From assembly GCF_006345805.1 (NCBI RefSeq), contig NC_043002.1, positions 115,134,001-115,198,000 on the forward strand: DNA of 64,000 nucleotides, in the 5' to 3' direction. This DNA is from Octopus sinensis (lineage: Eukaryota). Numbering within the stretch: position 1 is the first letter of the stretch; each line of letters opens with the position of its first letter. The notes beneath the pieces were generated by a model that did no database searches, had not been told where the DNA came from, and was given only the letters and a program-made list of their open reading frames with translations. This document shows positions 27,274-40,985 of this stretch, piece by piece. The position numbers were made by a program, and so were the translations under genes.

Positions 27274-27337
<64 letters not shown>

Positions 27338-28354
27338 ATATATATATATATATGTATATATATGTATGTATGTATATATGTATCTATGTATATATGGAAG
27401 GGAACAATAAACACAAAAAGAAAGAAAATAGCTCGAGAGGGACATTTTTACAAACGTTGTACTGATTTAATATTTAAAAGGAACAGAAAGAGTCATGACG
27501 TTTCGGACGCAGGTCTTTCATTAGAAGTAAGTGAGGAAAGAATAAAAGAGAATGAATGAGAAAATGTGATAAGCGAAGTAAACAATGAAGGTGTTAGGAG
27601 CTAGATAGAAATGTAGTTTTATGCAGTAGTCAAGAAAGGAGGAGGATAGGTGGGTTTCATGGACAGGAGTGCATTTATGAATTGAGTACAATACAGAGAG
27701 TGTATGTAGTTTTAGGGATGTGTGTAGGTATGTAGAGGTGAGCAAGTGTGAAAGTGCAGTAGTGTGAGATAGTTGCGGGTGTAGTTGGTGTGTAGATATA
27801 GTCGTATTGTGTGTGCAGTGAAGATGTGAATTAACAGGTGGCAGTAGGTGTGAGTGTGAAATGAAATGGGCGGCAAGACGAAAGTGGTGTTTATGATAAA
27901 ACATTGATGGATATGATAAACGATATGTATGTATGTATATATTACTCTTTTTTACACTTTGTACTTGTTTCAGTCATTTGACTGCGGCCATGCTGGAGCA
28001 CCGCCTTTAGTCGAGCAAATCGACCCCGGGACTTATTCTTTGTAAGCCCAGTACTTATTCTATCGGTCTCTTTTGCCGAACCGCTAAGTGACGGGGACGT
28101 AAACACACCAGCATCGGTTGTCAAGCAATGCTAGGGGAACAAACACAGACACACAAACATATTCACACACACTTATATATATATACATATATACGACAGG
28201 CTTCTTTCAGTTTCCGTCTACCAAATCCACTCAAAAGGCATTGGTCGGCCCGGGGCTATAGCAGAAGACACTTGCCCAAGATGCCACGCAGTGGGACTGA
28301 ACCCGGAACCATGTGGTTGGTTAGCAAGCTACTTACCAAACAGCCACTCCTGCG

Positions 28355-28435
<81 letters not shown>
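26270..28435. repeat. 1083-bp tandem duplication (PLE tail + SINE family 1, both minus strand)
   Basis: ORF pairs offset by exactly 1083 (26438/27521, 26859/27942); only ~3 substitutions seen. Confidence 0.95.
26409..26446 (-). ncRNA. Degenerate HHR in a PLE tail (second copy at 27492-27529)
   Basis: CTT-CTAATGA-AAGAC(ctgc)GTCC-GAAA-CG-TC-ATG; G5 is mutated. Confidence 0.6.
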
Positions 28436-28446
<11 letters not shown>

Positions 28447-28672
28447 ATATATATACATACATACATATCGTTTATCTTTTACTTTTTTTCAGTCATTAGA
28501 CTGCGGGCATGCTGGAGCATCGCCTTGAGGATTTTTTTTAGTCAAAACAATCGACCCCAGTCTTTTTAAGCCTGATAGTTATTCTATCGGCCCTAAGATA
28601 CGGGGACATAAACACACAAACACCGGTTGTTAAACAGTGTGGGGACAGACACAGCTACTAAGACACACACAC

Positions 28673-28750
<78 letters not shown>

Positions 28751-28757
28751 TATATAT

Positions 28758-29458
28758 ATACATAATTAGGATAAAGTCACTGTTTACTGATTTCCCAGTG
28801 GCTAGCGTACTAAGAATACCATAATGGCTAATTTATATTTAAGTATAATTGTAAAATTGTAATAAGGGCGATGAAAAATGACAACGCCTGTCCGCTTTTT
28901 AGGTCTCTTTCTAGCGGACAGGCGTTGTAATTTTTCATTGCCCTTATTGTAATTTTATAATTATACTTAAATATAAATGAACACTTATGGCCACTGATAA
29001 CTCATTAAATAATTGCTATATCCTAATTAAGTATAAAAATACATTTTTTAATTCACTCTACAAGCATATTTTCTGCAGAATTATTCTAAGTAAATAACCA
29101 CGCGGTTGAAATGGACGCTCGGATTTTAATAGGTACATATGTGTGGAATGCTTGTATATTTCGGGTGCTTGTGCGGCTATATATTTATAGTATATATATG
29201 TATTTCTCCTTTGTTTACGATTGGTTTGCGCTACTGATGAGTGGAAAGGGATTTTAATATCGCAAACCGTAAAATCTTAAGATATTGTACAACTCAAAAT
29301 ATTTTATAAATCCTCTCTGACCATTTTCCTCGCATACGACCTTGTGGCAATGGCGTAGTAATTTAAGTGGTTTTTAGACCATTTGGTTGGTCTTTTTCTA
29401 GCGGACAGGCGTTGTCATTTTTCATCGCCCTTATTATAATTTTATAATTATACTTAAC
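28758..29458 (+). mobile_element. PLE-like non-coding element (group A) with inverted and tandem terminal repeats
   Basis: 28830-28896 inverted vs 28913-28978; 28902-28970 repeated at 29389-29457; CTGATGA at 29234 with an eroded 3' half. Confidence 0.7.
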
Positions 29459-29649
29459 GATATATATATATACACAACGTTTTTCTATGTTTCTGTCAAC
29501 CAGTTCTATTCACGTGGGTTTAGTCGGGCCGATGCTATAGTAGAAGACATTTTGCTGCGGGGAGACGCAGCAGGACTGAACCTGGAACCATGTGGTTGGG
29601 AAGCAAACTTCTTACCAAACAGTAACGCCTGTGCCAATATGTGTATAAA

Positions 29650-29650
29650 T

Positions 29651-29726
<76 letters not shown>

Positions 29727-29747
29727 GTAGGTAGGTAGGTAGGTAGG

Positions 29748-29810
<63 letters not shown>

Positions 29811-29830
29811 GTAGGTAGGTAGGTAGTAGG

Positions 29831-29872
<42 letters not shown>

Positions 29873-29930
29873 TAGATAGATAGATAGATAGATAGATAGG
29901 TATGTATGTATGTATGTAGGTAGGTAGGTT
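29650..29930. repeat. (GATA)n/(GGTA)n microsatellite
   Basis: Directly visible. Confidence 0.95.
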
Positions 29931-30847
29931 TGTATATATAGTTGTAACAATACTGATAACCCTTTTTACTATAGGCACAAAGCCTGAAATTTCAGTGACT
30001 CACTCTACTGTTCCATAGATCCAGATCTCCTGCAAATCTACTCTTTCCTATCACTCACTAGTGGGATGTTGGTTTAAAGAAATTGCACTAAAGCAATCCT
30101 GGAGTTCCAGACAACAGTAATGAACTCGGTACATCGTTAGCATTGCTAAGATTCCACCCTACAAACTACCCTTTTCTTTAGGGCCAGAAGATATTTCCCC
30201 ACCAACAGCTGCTGAAATCTCACAGCAGAGTATTGTTCACATTTTGGTCGGTGCTTCTACTACGCCCATTAATATTCTGGATCGCATCCCTGGGAGGAGC
30301 ACTCGGCGAATTGGCATTCCACCACTAATGCAAACACTTAAGACTTTCGCCTTCTTTTCTATCGTCTTTATCTGTGAGATGTCCATGGTGCTTACTTCTG
30401 CACTTTCTATTCACGTGTGTCCATACTCATCCTGCAGTCAGGACGGAAAACAATTTTTTCACACACACGCATATACTCCCATACACGAACACGCATACAT
30501 TTATAGGTACCTACATTTATAAATATATTTATTTATAATAAACATTATCAACCACATATACTTAATGTGCATGCGTTGTAACGTGGTGGAGAATACTTTC
30601 TCAAAGTGCCGAGTGTTAAAACACGTGAAAGTCATGGACAGGCGAGATAACTCACCTCTAATCCCATCTAAGAGTAATGGGCATCGATGTTTCGCCATTT
30701 CTGTGGTTTGTCAATATCACCATCATCATATAAGTTTCTCTGTATGTTTTCTTTTGTTATGAACTAATTGAAATCTTTCTGTAAAGAAGGAGCTGGTTTC
30801 TGAAAAAGATACCAAGCTCCATCTTTGGAATATTGATAGGAAGACAC

Positions 30848-31012
30848 CAGGGCCGGCTCAAGGTACCGGCAACTCGGGCAGTCGCCCAGGGTGCCATGCT
30901 AGGGGGCACCAAGGAGGGCGTGACAAAGACAAGAAAATTTCCACGACCGTCAGCTTGTACACGCCGAAGCTGAGCTTGCCCGTGGGTGGTAACAACCCTA
31001 GGGCCGGCCTTG
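30848..31012. mobile_element. hAT-type MITE
   Basis: TIRs CAGGGCCGGC / GCCGGCCTTG; imperfect 8-bp TSD gaagacac/gaaaacgc. Confidence 0.75.
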
Positions 31013-31254
31013 GAAAACGCATTCACATTTTAAACGTGAGAAAAGTCTTGCATGTTTTTACTGTTCCATTTACAGATTATATTTGTAATATATGTATGTA
31101 TGCATGTATGTATGTATGTATGGATGGATGGATGGATGGATGGATGGATGGATGGATGGATTATTCATGCATGTTTATGGATGCATATATATATGTATAA
31201 ATGTATGTATTATTATGCATTCACTGTTTTTATGAGCTTTATATATTCTTTTCT

Positions 31255-31670
31255 ACTCTAGACACGAGGTCCAAAATGTTTGGGGAGGGGGCCAGTCGAT
31301 TAGAGCTACCCCAGTACGCAACTGTACTTAATTTATCGACCATAAAAGGATGAAAGGCAAAGTCGAACTTGGCGGAATTTGAACTCAGAACGTAAAGACA
31401 GACGAAATGCTGTTAAACATTTCGCCTGGCGTGCTAACGTTTCTGCCAGCTCGGCGCCTTATGAACTTTATATATTGGTTTGAAATCTTAGCATAAGGCT
31501 AGCAGTTTCCTTGGAGTGGGTAAGTCGCTTACATCGTCCCCAGTGTTCAACTGGTAAATATTTTATCCACTCTGAAGGATGAAAAGCAAGTTCGCCCCCG
31601 ATGGCATTTGAATTCAAAACTCAAATTGGAAGAAATGCCGCTAAGCACTTTTTTCAGCTAGTTCACCGGC
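31255..31670 (-). mobile_element. Two SINE family 2 copies
   Basis: AAGGATGAAAGGCAAAGTCGA...GAATTTGAACTCAGAAC twice. Confidence 0.8.
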
Positions 31671-32228
31671 TTTATGGATTTTCTGTATCGACAATATAAC
31701 TTAAATATTGCTTAAATTCACACACAAACACCAAACTAACGTTTTATATTGAATATTCAAATATCAAACTGGATCATTTTACTAAAGACTTTTGTTACAA
31801 AACAATGAATAATCTTCTCATAAATGCAGAAATAATCAGACTGGTAAATTTAAATATTGATATAAATACATAATAAATATAACCACAATAATAAATCAAG
31901 TATTCTCGATGTACCCATCTACTAAATTTCGATGAATATTTCGCATTCCATTTCTACTATATCTGAATATCGTTAACATTTTTATCATGCATTATTTAAT
32001 CTTTTACTTGTTGCAGTCATTGAGAAGCGGACGTGCTGGAGCAGCACCTTGAATGGTTTTGTCAAACAAATCGACCCCAGTACTTATGATTTTAAGCCTG
32101 GTGCTTATTGTATTGAGATATATTGCCGAATGGCTATGTTACAGGGACGTGGGAGTGGGGTACAAACACAAAGACACCCTCCCACCGTATTTACATATGC
32201 CTATATATATATATACACACACACACAT

Positions 32229-32270
<42 letters not shown>

Positions 32271-32289
32271 TTGCTAAATCAGATTTTTT

Positions 32290-32510
32290 TGCTAAAAAAG
32301 ATGAAACCGTCGGTATAGGATTAACTGAGATGGTAAGCGTTCTTGATTTTCATTCCTTTCATGAATTTATCCCCTTTTTGTGTGTCTAGCACAGCGCTTC
32401 CTTATTTGGAAGCCTTTTAATGTATTTATATATGAATAATATATAGTCTAATGACTAACTCGTCTTTTGTGCTGGGTCACTGGTAATAATAATTTATTTT
32501 TTATTACCCT
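32290..32510 (+). mobile_element. Group A PLE-like fragment with the 3' half of an HHR
   Basis: GAAA-CCGTCGG-TA-TAGG at 32303, then TCTAGCA, a hairpin, GTCACTGGTA and TACCCT. Confidence 0.55.
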
Positions 32511-32902
32511 CTTTTACTTGTTTCAGTCACTTGACTGCGGCCATGCTGGAGCACCGCCTTTAGTCGAGCAAATCGACCCCGGGACTTATTCTTTGTAAGC
32601 CCAGTACTTATTCTCTTTTTGCCGAACCGCTAAGTGACGGGGACGTAAACACACCAGCATCGGTTGTCAAGCAATGCTAGGGGGACAAACACAGACACAC
32701 AAACACACACATACATATATATACATATACATATATACGACAGGCTTCTTTCAGTTTCCGTCTACCAAATCCACTCACAAGGCATTGGTCGGCGCGAGGC
32801 TATAGTAGAAGACACTTGCCCAAGATGTCACGCAGTGGGACTGAACCCGGAACCATGTGGTTGGTTAGCAAGCTACTTACCACACAGCCACTCCTGCGCC
32901 TA
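32508..32902 (-). mobile_element. Full-length SINE, family 1
   Basis: Near identical to 26860-27274. Confidence 0.92.
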
Positions 32903-33065
32903 TTTACTATGTTTATATATATAATTATTGTTGTACATTCGTACACAAAAGAGGTTTAACAGGGCATCTTACATGCTAAAAGGAACAGTCAAAGTCCAAA
33001 CGATGGTTAAGATTAATTTCGAAAGGGATGAAAAATTAAAAAAAAAACATTTTCAATGGTTACCA

Positions 33066-33134
33066 CTTGTACCTAGGTTTCGAACATTAATGAACAAATA
33101 AGATAATTTGTTATCCATGTTCTTTATCAGCAAG
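33066..33134 (-). ncRNA. HHR with G8A substitution
   Basis: CTTG-CTGATAA-AGAACA...TGTTC-GAAA-CCTAGG-TA-CAAG. Confidence 0.75.
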
Positions 33135-33639
33135 GGCGCTAATAATTAACGTATAATTATGGGAGTACATGTCTCATCTTTATACATTATAATTTTTTCA
33201 AATTCACCGCGCAAGCGCTGTAATAGTCAGCAGTAAATAAAAATTTCTTCAAAATTACTAAAATCATATTAAGAAAATATATATAGGGTAGAGAAATTAA
33301 AGAAATTTTCTACCAGTGGCTACCATGGCTACCATGCATAAAATAGTCAACAGACAACATATTTTTCATATAAAATTAGTTTAGATTCATACACAAAAAA
33401 GGTGACCCTAACAGGACACCTTACATGCTAAAGGGAACTATCAAAGTCAAAATCACGGTTAAGAGTAACTTCGAAGGAGATGAAGAATAAAAAAAAATTT
33501 CAGTAGTTACCACTCGTAACTAGGTTTCAAAATTGTTATTTGCAGCCGACTATAACTGCGCTTGTGCAGTGGATTAAAAAATTATAATGTATAAAGATGA
33601 GACATGTACTCCCATAATTATACGTTAATTATTGGCGCC

Positions 33640-33708
33640 CTTGCTGATGAAGAACACGGATAACAAATCATCTTATTTATTCATTAATGTTCGAAATCTA
33701 GGTACAAG
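33640..33708 (+). ncRNA. HHR, intact core
   Basis: CTTG-CTGATGA-AGAACA...TGTTC-GAAA-TCTAGG-TA-CAAG. Confidence 0.87.
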
Positions 33709-34053
33709 TGGTACCAATTGAAAATTGCATAAGCACAATTGCATAAGTACATACATAAGTAGATATGTACATACTTACATATAAACATACATACATATAT
33801 ACATGCGTATAGGCAGGCACACATGCATACGCATGTACACCTATGCATACGCACATACATGTACACACACATACATACATACATACATACATCATAACAT
33901 ACATACGTACATACATACATACATACATACATACGTACATACATACATACATACATACATACATACGTACATACATACATACATACATACATGCATATGT
34001 ACGTACATATATATCATGAACTAACTGTTACTTTCTCAGATGCAGCACGGAAT

Positions 34054-34104
34054 TTTGTCAGTGAAGAGGTCGCGGTCTCAAAGCGACGAAAATATTTTGG
34101 CAAA
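34054..34104 (+). ncRNA. HHR with C3G substitution
   Basis: TTTGTCA-GTGAAGA-GGTCGC(ggtctcaaa)GCGAC-GAAA-ATAT-TT-TGGCAAA. Confidence 0.7.
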
Positions 34105-34304
34105 TTAAATTTAAATGTTGAAGTGAATCTAATGGATTTTGTGTGTTTCTTAAATAGCTTATAAACACCTCAAGATTAATCAGCCGAAATTGCGAGGATG
34201 ATCCGGTTCTTACTGAAGATTAAAGGCATCGAATGAGCCGTGTTTTTTGTGAATATTTTTTCGGTATTAATAATTATATATATATATGATCATATAAATA
34301 TTCC

Positions 34305-34346
<42 letters not shown>

Positions 34347-35075
34347 TATATATATAAAACATTATTGGTGAATTGAATGGAGCTGAACGCAAATTGAACA
34401 GAAATCGTTTTTTTCATTCTACACGTGTTTCGAAAGGCCAGATTACCAATCCGATTGAATAATGGGACATATGTGTGTCTTTCTCTTAGGAAGAAAAGGA
34501 AATCGCTGGAAAACAAAACAGAACAGAGGCGGAGCAAAAGCAATCGAACTATGCTCCAAGCCCATGGCGAAACTTTTATCAGGTATGTTGAGAACCGTGC
34601 TGAAAATTCAACGGTCAGGCATCGGTCATCATGTGGGTGAGGGTTATAGATGTTCTTTGTGACCGAGCATAAAGTTCTGACTATTAAAGGAATATTGGAT
34701 GTTTTATAAGGGGCGAGAAAAAATCTACTTAGAGCGTGTGTGTGTGTAACTGTTCTATATATGTGTGTGTTGGCGTGGGGGGTAGAAAACATTTTTTGTG
34801 TACGGTGTGCGTTTGATCGTTCGACTGTCGTGGCTACTGCCGTGATAACTGGGTGGCAGAAAGAAAAAAATATAATATATATTAGTTTTATGTGTGTGTG
34901 TGTTCATCTAAGCCTGCCTTGTCACGGAAACCCCCCGCTGTGAAAAACCAGCCCCGTTTGTCTTACAGGAGTAATTCCCCTTGCAGTGGTTAATCGTAGA
35001 TTACTGCTGTGATTTTTGCTACTAATGTATCGTTAAACTGATTCTACTACAAGATATTCAATCTTTCTATTTCAC

Positions 35076-35109
<34 letters not shown>

Positions 35110-35114
35110 ATATC

Positions 35115-35152
<38 letters not shown>

Positions 35153-35158
<6 letters not shown>

Positions 35159-36135
35159 GTGTATGACCATACACGAAGAGAAAGCCACCATGTGGATTTC
35201 TTACATGCTAAAAATGGCGGTCGTCGAAGCCGAAACCCACCGTAGAATATTCGTACGTATTGCAGTTTTATGATTATGCATTTAAATTAGCGACCTTACT
35301 GATGAGCTTCGGATGATTAAATAGTCAATTAATTATATTATAGATTGATTTATTTGGTCAGTAATAGCAAAACTTAGAGTATGTTTACTACATTTTATTC
35401 ACTCGAATGTCTTGGTCGCGTACACATCAACGTGCTTTAATATAAGAATATTCTTTCGTGGTTTTAGGTTTCGACTGCCATTTTTAGCCTATAAGAAAAC
35501 CACATGGTGGTTTTCTCCACGTGTATGTTTCATACACTATTATATTTGAAAATATATATATCTTCTGATCTTATTACGCATATTAGCCACTGGTAAATAA
35601 TTATCTAATAATTTCTATCCGTATATTTATAAAGTTAAATATTTAAATTCTTCAGCCAGATGTATGTTTCAATTTATTCATTGCTATACTACTCTGGTGT
35701 CGAACGTTGTTTTGAGGCCATTCTTAGATGAATTCCGTGATATATGAGCATGGAACTGAGTGCGTATGTGTTTTACTTTGTATTTCCGGTAAGTATTGCA
35801 ATTTTATGCTTATGCATTTAATTAACGACCTTACTGATGAGCTACAGATGATTAAATAGTCAATTAATTATCTTAGTTGATTCATTTGGTCAGTAATAGT
35901 GAAACTTATAAGTATAAGGTTTACTATATTTCATTCACTCGAATGTCTTGCTCGCGTGCAATTTCAACGTACTTTAATGTAAGAACATTCTTTCGTGGTT
36001 TTAGGCTTCGGTCGCCATTTTTAGCATGTAAGAAATCCACATGGTGGTTTTTCTCTTCGTGTGTGTTTCATACACAATTATATTTGAAAATATTTATGTC
36101 TCCTGACTCTTATTACGAATGTTACACGATTACAA
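35153..36135 (+). mobile_element. Group A retrozyme-like element, 535-bp unit with two tandem HHRs and an inverted 5' piece
   Basis: 35257-35580 repeated at 35792-36118; 35155-35252 inverted; CTGATGA at 35299 and 35834. Confidence 0.88.
35829..35919 (+). ncRNA. HHR, intact core, long stem II (eroded twin at 35294-35385)
   Basis: CCTTA-CTGATGA-GCTA...TAGT-GAAA-CTTATAAG-TA-TAAGG. Confidence 0.87.
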
Positions 36136-36671
36136 ATACAAACAACAAGAATAACAACAGGTGTTTTTCGACTAAAAGGACAAGTGAAGCTGGTGTATGA
36201 AGTGGAAGCCTTGCGGCAACAAACATGGATGAAAGTCAGGAGACGGGAAAACAAGGTGTTGTGCAAGCAGCGGTCAAGCCAAGAAAGAAAGATCACTCTT
36301 GGCCAAGCACCGGTCAGGTGGGAGGAACAGAGAAAGAGAGAGAGGGAGTTAAGGAGGCAGAGGAACTGAAGAATTAGGGAAGGAACTAGAGAGAGAGAAA
36401 GAGGGTGGGTACCAAGGAGATAACAGAGGAAAGTAGAGAGATTAAAGAAACAGAATGCCAAGAAATGTGAGAGAGGGGAAGCGAGAAAAGGAAAATGGAA
36501 AGAAAGAGAATACCAAGAAAGTCCTACAGAATTTAGATATATACTTACAAGCTGAGCAAAAGGTGTACGTACCCAGCTATATGTATATATAAATCCAAAC
36601 ATGTATATATATATATATATACATACATAAATATTTTTACATATGTGTGTGTGCGCGCGTGTTTACGTGCA

Positions 36672-37121
36672 TATACGGACACAGACCATGTGTCGGTAGT
36701 CGGCTGGAAAAGACGTTAGAAAGAAACAACATCGTCCTGCATAGGACTGTCACATTGTGTTGGCAAAAATACTTTAATGTACGGTACTGTTGCTAGATAT
36801 TTCTCACTCAGAGATCTAAAATTAGTTACTTTTCTCTTTAGGAGATCAGCGCTGGTGAGCCACTTTAAAAGTATATACCGCGAACAAGGTTGAGTGGTCA
36901 CTGACCGGCGTTTGCCTGTACCAAAGAAGGGAAATAACCAAGAAACCATTGGTCTACAGGTATGGCTAAGGCTAGAAAGGGGGCAATAAACTCCCTCGCT
37001 CATAGTATATGGACATAGACCATGTGTCAGTAGCCAGCTGGAAAAGATGCTTTCTTGGGGCTAAAAAGTAGTAACATCGTCCTGTGTAAGATTGCCATAT
37101 TGTGTTGGCAGATAGACTTTA

Positions 37122-37125
<4 letters not shown>
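36672..37125 (+). mobile_element. Group B retrozyme-like element, ~335-bp unit, degenerate HHR at 36915-36960
   Basis: Direct repeats 36674-36780 / 37008-37124; CCTGTA-CCAAAGA-AGG..CCAA-GAAA-CCATTGG-TC-TACAGG. Confidence 0.7.
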
Positions 37126-37168
<43 letters not shown>

Positions 37169-37344
37169 AAAGGACTGACCACTAAAAGTGGACAGTCAAC
37201 ATGCTAGATATAGACATCAAATCTATATACGAAATAAAATGATTACCTATGTACCGATCAGTTTCGATTGTTATTATCCACGCATGGGTGGATTTGGTAG
37301 ACGGAAACTGAAAGAAAACCGCAATGTGCGTATGTATGTGTGTG

Positions 37345-37379
<35 letters not shown>

Positions 37380-37390
37380 TGTGTGTGCGC

Positions 37391-37425
<35 letters not shown>

Positions 37426-37817
37426 ACCACCGCGTGACAACCGATGACTAAGCGGTTCGGTAAAGAGGGTAATAGGATAAGTATCAAGTTGCAAATAAAA
37501 ATTCTTCAAGGTAAAGCTCCAGCATGGCCGCAGTTTAATGGCCGAAACATATAACAGACAAAAGATAAAAGATAACGGAATAAACTCATAAAGTTGGCGC
37601 ACCTGTATAGCCAATCAGTTCACTGAATCTTGTGTTATATATATTTGTGTGTAAGTGCGAACGGATAAGTATATGGATGTGTGACACCTTGGGCAATGTC
37701 ACCTACTGTAACCCCGGGCTGACCAAAGCCTTGTAAGTGAGTTTGGTGGACAGAAACCGAAAAAGAGTGTGTCGTGTATATATATCATCATCATTGTTCG
37801 ACATACACACACACACA

Positions 37818-37854
<37 letters not shown>

Positions 37855-37856
<2 letters not shown>

Positions 37857-38392
37857 ATAAGGATAAAATTAATTAATCAGTAATTAATAATTTTACCAAG
37901 CAGTGGTAAAAAGACCATTTACGGTATATTTAAAACATTACGTTATATAATTAGGGTTCATAAAAAAAAAATTGCTTTACCACACACCGAACTTTTAGAA
38001 ATAGCAGCCAAAGAATTTAGCTATTTCCTCTAATATAAGAAGAGTCTCCCAGACAATGTATACTCGAAAACAATTCACGTAGGTATAGAGGGAAAAATAA
38101 CGAAAGATCACACGTACATCGATTACTTGAGAATGCCGTTTCTGGGTCAGTTAGATATAGAGATGCTAGAAATACATACCTATATCAACATTCCTGTCAT
38201 CAGCCCAAGATTTCGTTAAGTTTAAATTTGAGAGCACTAAAAATCGAACATACCCGTCTGATTTGAGTAATCCCAGACGAACCATCTTCGACCACCAGTA
38301 CTAACGAATTCAAAACGTACGAATGAGGCTCTGCATCCTTCCCCGTCCACCCACGTGAGTTAAGAGCAACAAATTTCTACAGCAAGGGTAGC
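37855..38392 (-). mobile_element. Group A PLE-like element with HHR at 38126-38209
   Basis: CTTGGG-CTGATGA-CAGG...CCCA-GAAA-CGGCA-TT-CTCAAG; GGCTGCTATTTCTA motif downstream. Confidence 0.6.
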
Positions 38393-38699
38393 TATATATA
38401 TATGTATGTATGTATGTGTGTAGACATGTACGTGTGTGTGTTTTTTTATTTATATCTGTTCCCCCACCCACCAGCCGGGGTTGGTTTGTTTACGTCCACC
38501 TAACTTAATGGTTCCGCAAAAGAGAGCGGTAGAATAAGTACCGGACTTCAAAAGAAAAAAAAAAACAAGAAGAAAATAGGGGGGGGGATTTTATCTACTA
38601 AATGCTTCAAGACAGTGCTTCAACATGGTTACTGCCCTACGGCCGAAACAAGTAAAAAGTATATAAAACATAAAATATTCTACATACATACATACTTAA

Positions 38700-39270
<571 letters not shown>

Positions 39271-40159
39271 TGGTGTATATTATACACAGCACACATTATT
39301 TTGCCACTATATAAGAATATAGAGACACACGCACACAGGCACTTTCATACAAACATGTCATGTAAGCATACACGTACGTACGCACACCTCATAAATTCTC
39401 TTGACTATCATACCACTTCTAATATCGTTGGTTGGCATTTGAAAGAACAGTTGTAAGTCTGAAACGAAGACTGAAGGGGAAGCAAGAAAGGAAGTGAAAA
39501 AACGATTTTGTCGCCAACATCCGGAAATATTGTCTAGTGAAGTCGGTACATTTTATAAATATGGGCTGCTGAGATTGAATAGTATCTAATTATAGCTGAC
39601 ACTAGGTTAGATTGGAGCGGTGCGGTCAGTACAGCTACCCCCTGTTACACGCAGCAGTTACATTTTTTTTATTCGTTTACTTTGATATAAAGAGTATTAA
39701 TTGCTTGAATGGAATGTTTATTTGTTTGTTTGTGTTGAAAGCTGTTTATATCGGTGATTATTGCTTAGTTTTGTGTTTTAGTTACACTCTTTAACCCCGA
39801 CGCCTTAAAGAAGACGAAAACGTCGGATAATGAATAAAATATTCAAAATGTTGGGCAAATATAAGGGTTAATTTGCGGGTGTGAATTTACAAAATATATT
39901 CAATGATGGAAACGAAACAAAGAGGAAAACAATCCTAAAGCTCCGAAATTATTTACTGAGGCATTGCGATGTTATTTTCCCTACAAAAGGTTTAGATTTA
40001 CATATTTCTGGATTAATTCGTGTCTGTTTACATTTTATTGTTATAAGCACGTTCACAAGCAATATATGTACATTTGAATGTATGTGTAGGGTTTGAAAGC
40101 ATTATCTTTAAAAGCACCTATAATGACTATTATTTCGGATTGTTAGCAAGTTCTAAAAC

Positions 40160-40209
<50 letters not shown>

Positions 40210-40214
40210 GATAT

Positions 40215-40985
40215 ACTCTTTTACTCTTTTACTTGTTTCAGTCATTTGACTGTGGCCATGCTGGAGTACCGCCTTTAGTCGAGCAAATCGACCCCAGGAC
40301 TTATTCTTCGTAAGCCTAGTACTTATTCTATCGATCGTTTTTGCCGAACCGCTAAGTTATGGGGATGTAAACACACCAGCATCGGTTATCAAGAGATGTT
40401 GAGGGACAAACACAGACACACAAACACACACACATACATCTATACATATATACGACGGGCTTCTTTCAGTTTCCGTCTACCAAATCCACTCACAAGGCTT
40501 TGGTCGGTCCGAGGCTATAGTAGAAGACACTTGCCCAAGATGCCACACTGTGGGACTGAACCCGGGACCATGTGGTTCGTAAGCAAGCTACTTAACACAC
40601 AGCCACTCCTACGCCTACAGATATATATGTATATGTATAGGCGTAGATGTGTAGTAAGAAGTCTGCTTCCCAGCCGAATGGTTCCGGGTTCTGTCCCACT
40701 GCGTGGCACCTTGAGCAAGTGTCTTCTACTATAGCCTCGGGCCAACCAAAGCCTTGTCAGTGGATTTGCTAGACGGAAACTAAAACATGAGTGAGTGTAT
40801 ATGTCTTTGTTTTGGTATTTTTCCCCTCCACAGTGCTTGACAACCGATTTTGGTGTGCTTAAGTCCACGTAACTTAGCGATTCGCCAGAGAGTCCGATCG
40901 AGTAAGTACCAGGTTACAAAAAAGTAAGTACTGAGGTCGATTAAATGGCTGCAGTCTAATGACTGAAAGAAGTAAAAAGATAAAA
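40215..40985. mobile_element. Head-to-head pair of family 1 SINEs
   Basis: Minus copy 40215-40617, plus copy 40638-40985, ~20-bp spacer. Confidence 0.9.

Larger units (their letters stand above)
32935..33722 (-). mobile_element. Group A retrozyme-like element, ~447-bp unit, tandem plus inverted
   Basis: 32940-33082 repeated at 33387-33529; 33556-33722 inverted vs 33050-33215; three HHR sites. Confidence 0.85.

Noticed and set aside
30200-30440. GC-richer block as an exon
   Set aside because: Stops in all frames after the candidate minus-strand acceptor; more like a decayed RTE LINE end
37990-38175. GCTAGAAATA(GC) resembling the Cas9 sgRNA scaffold
   Set aside because: Short coincidental match to the group A motif; no CRISPR array or vector sequence
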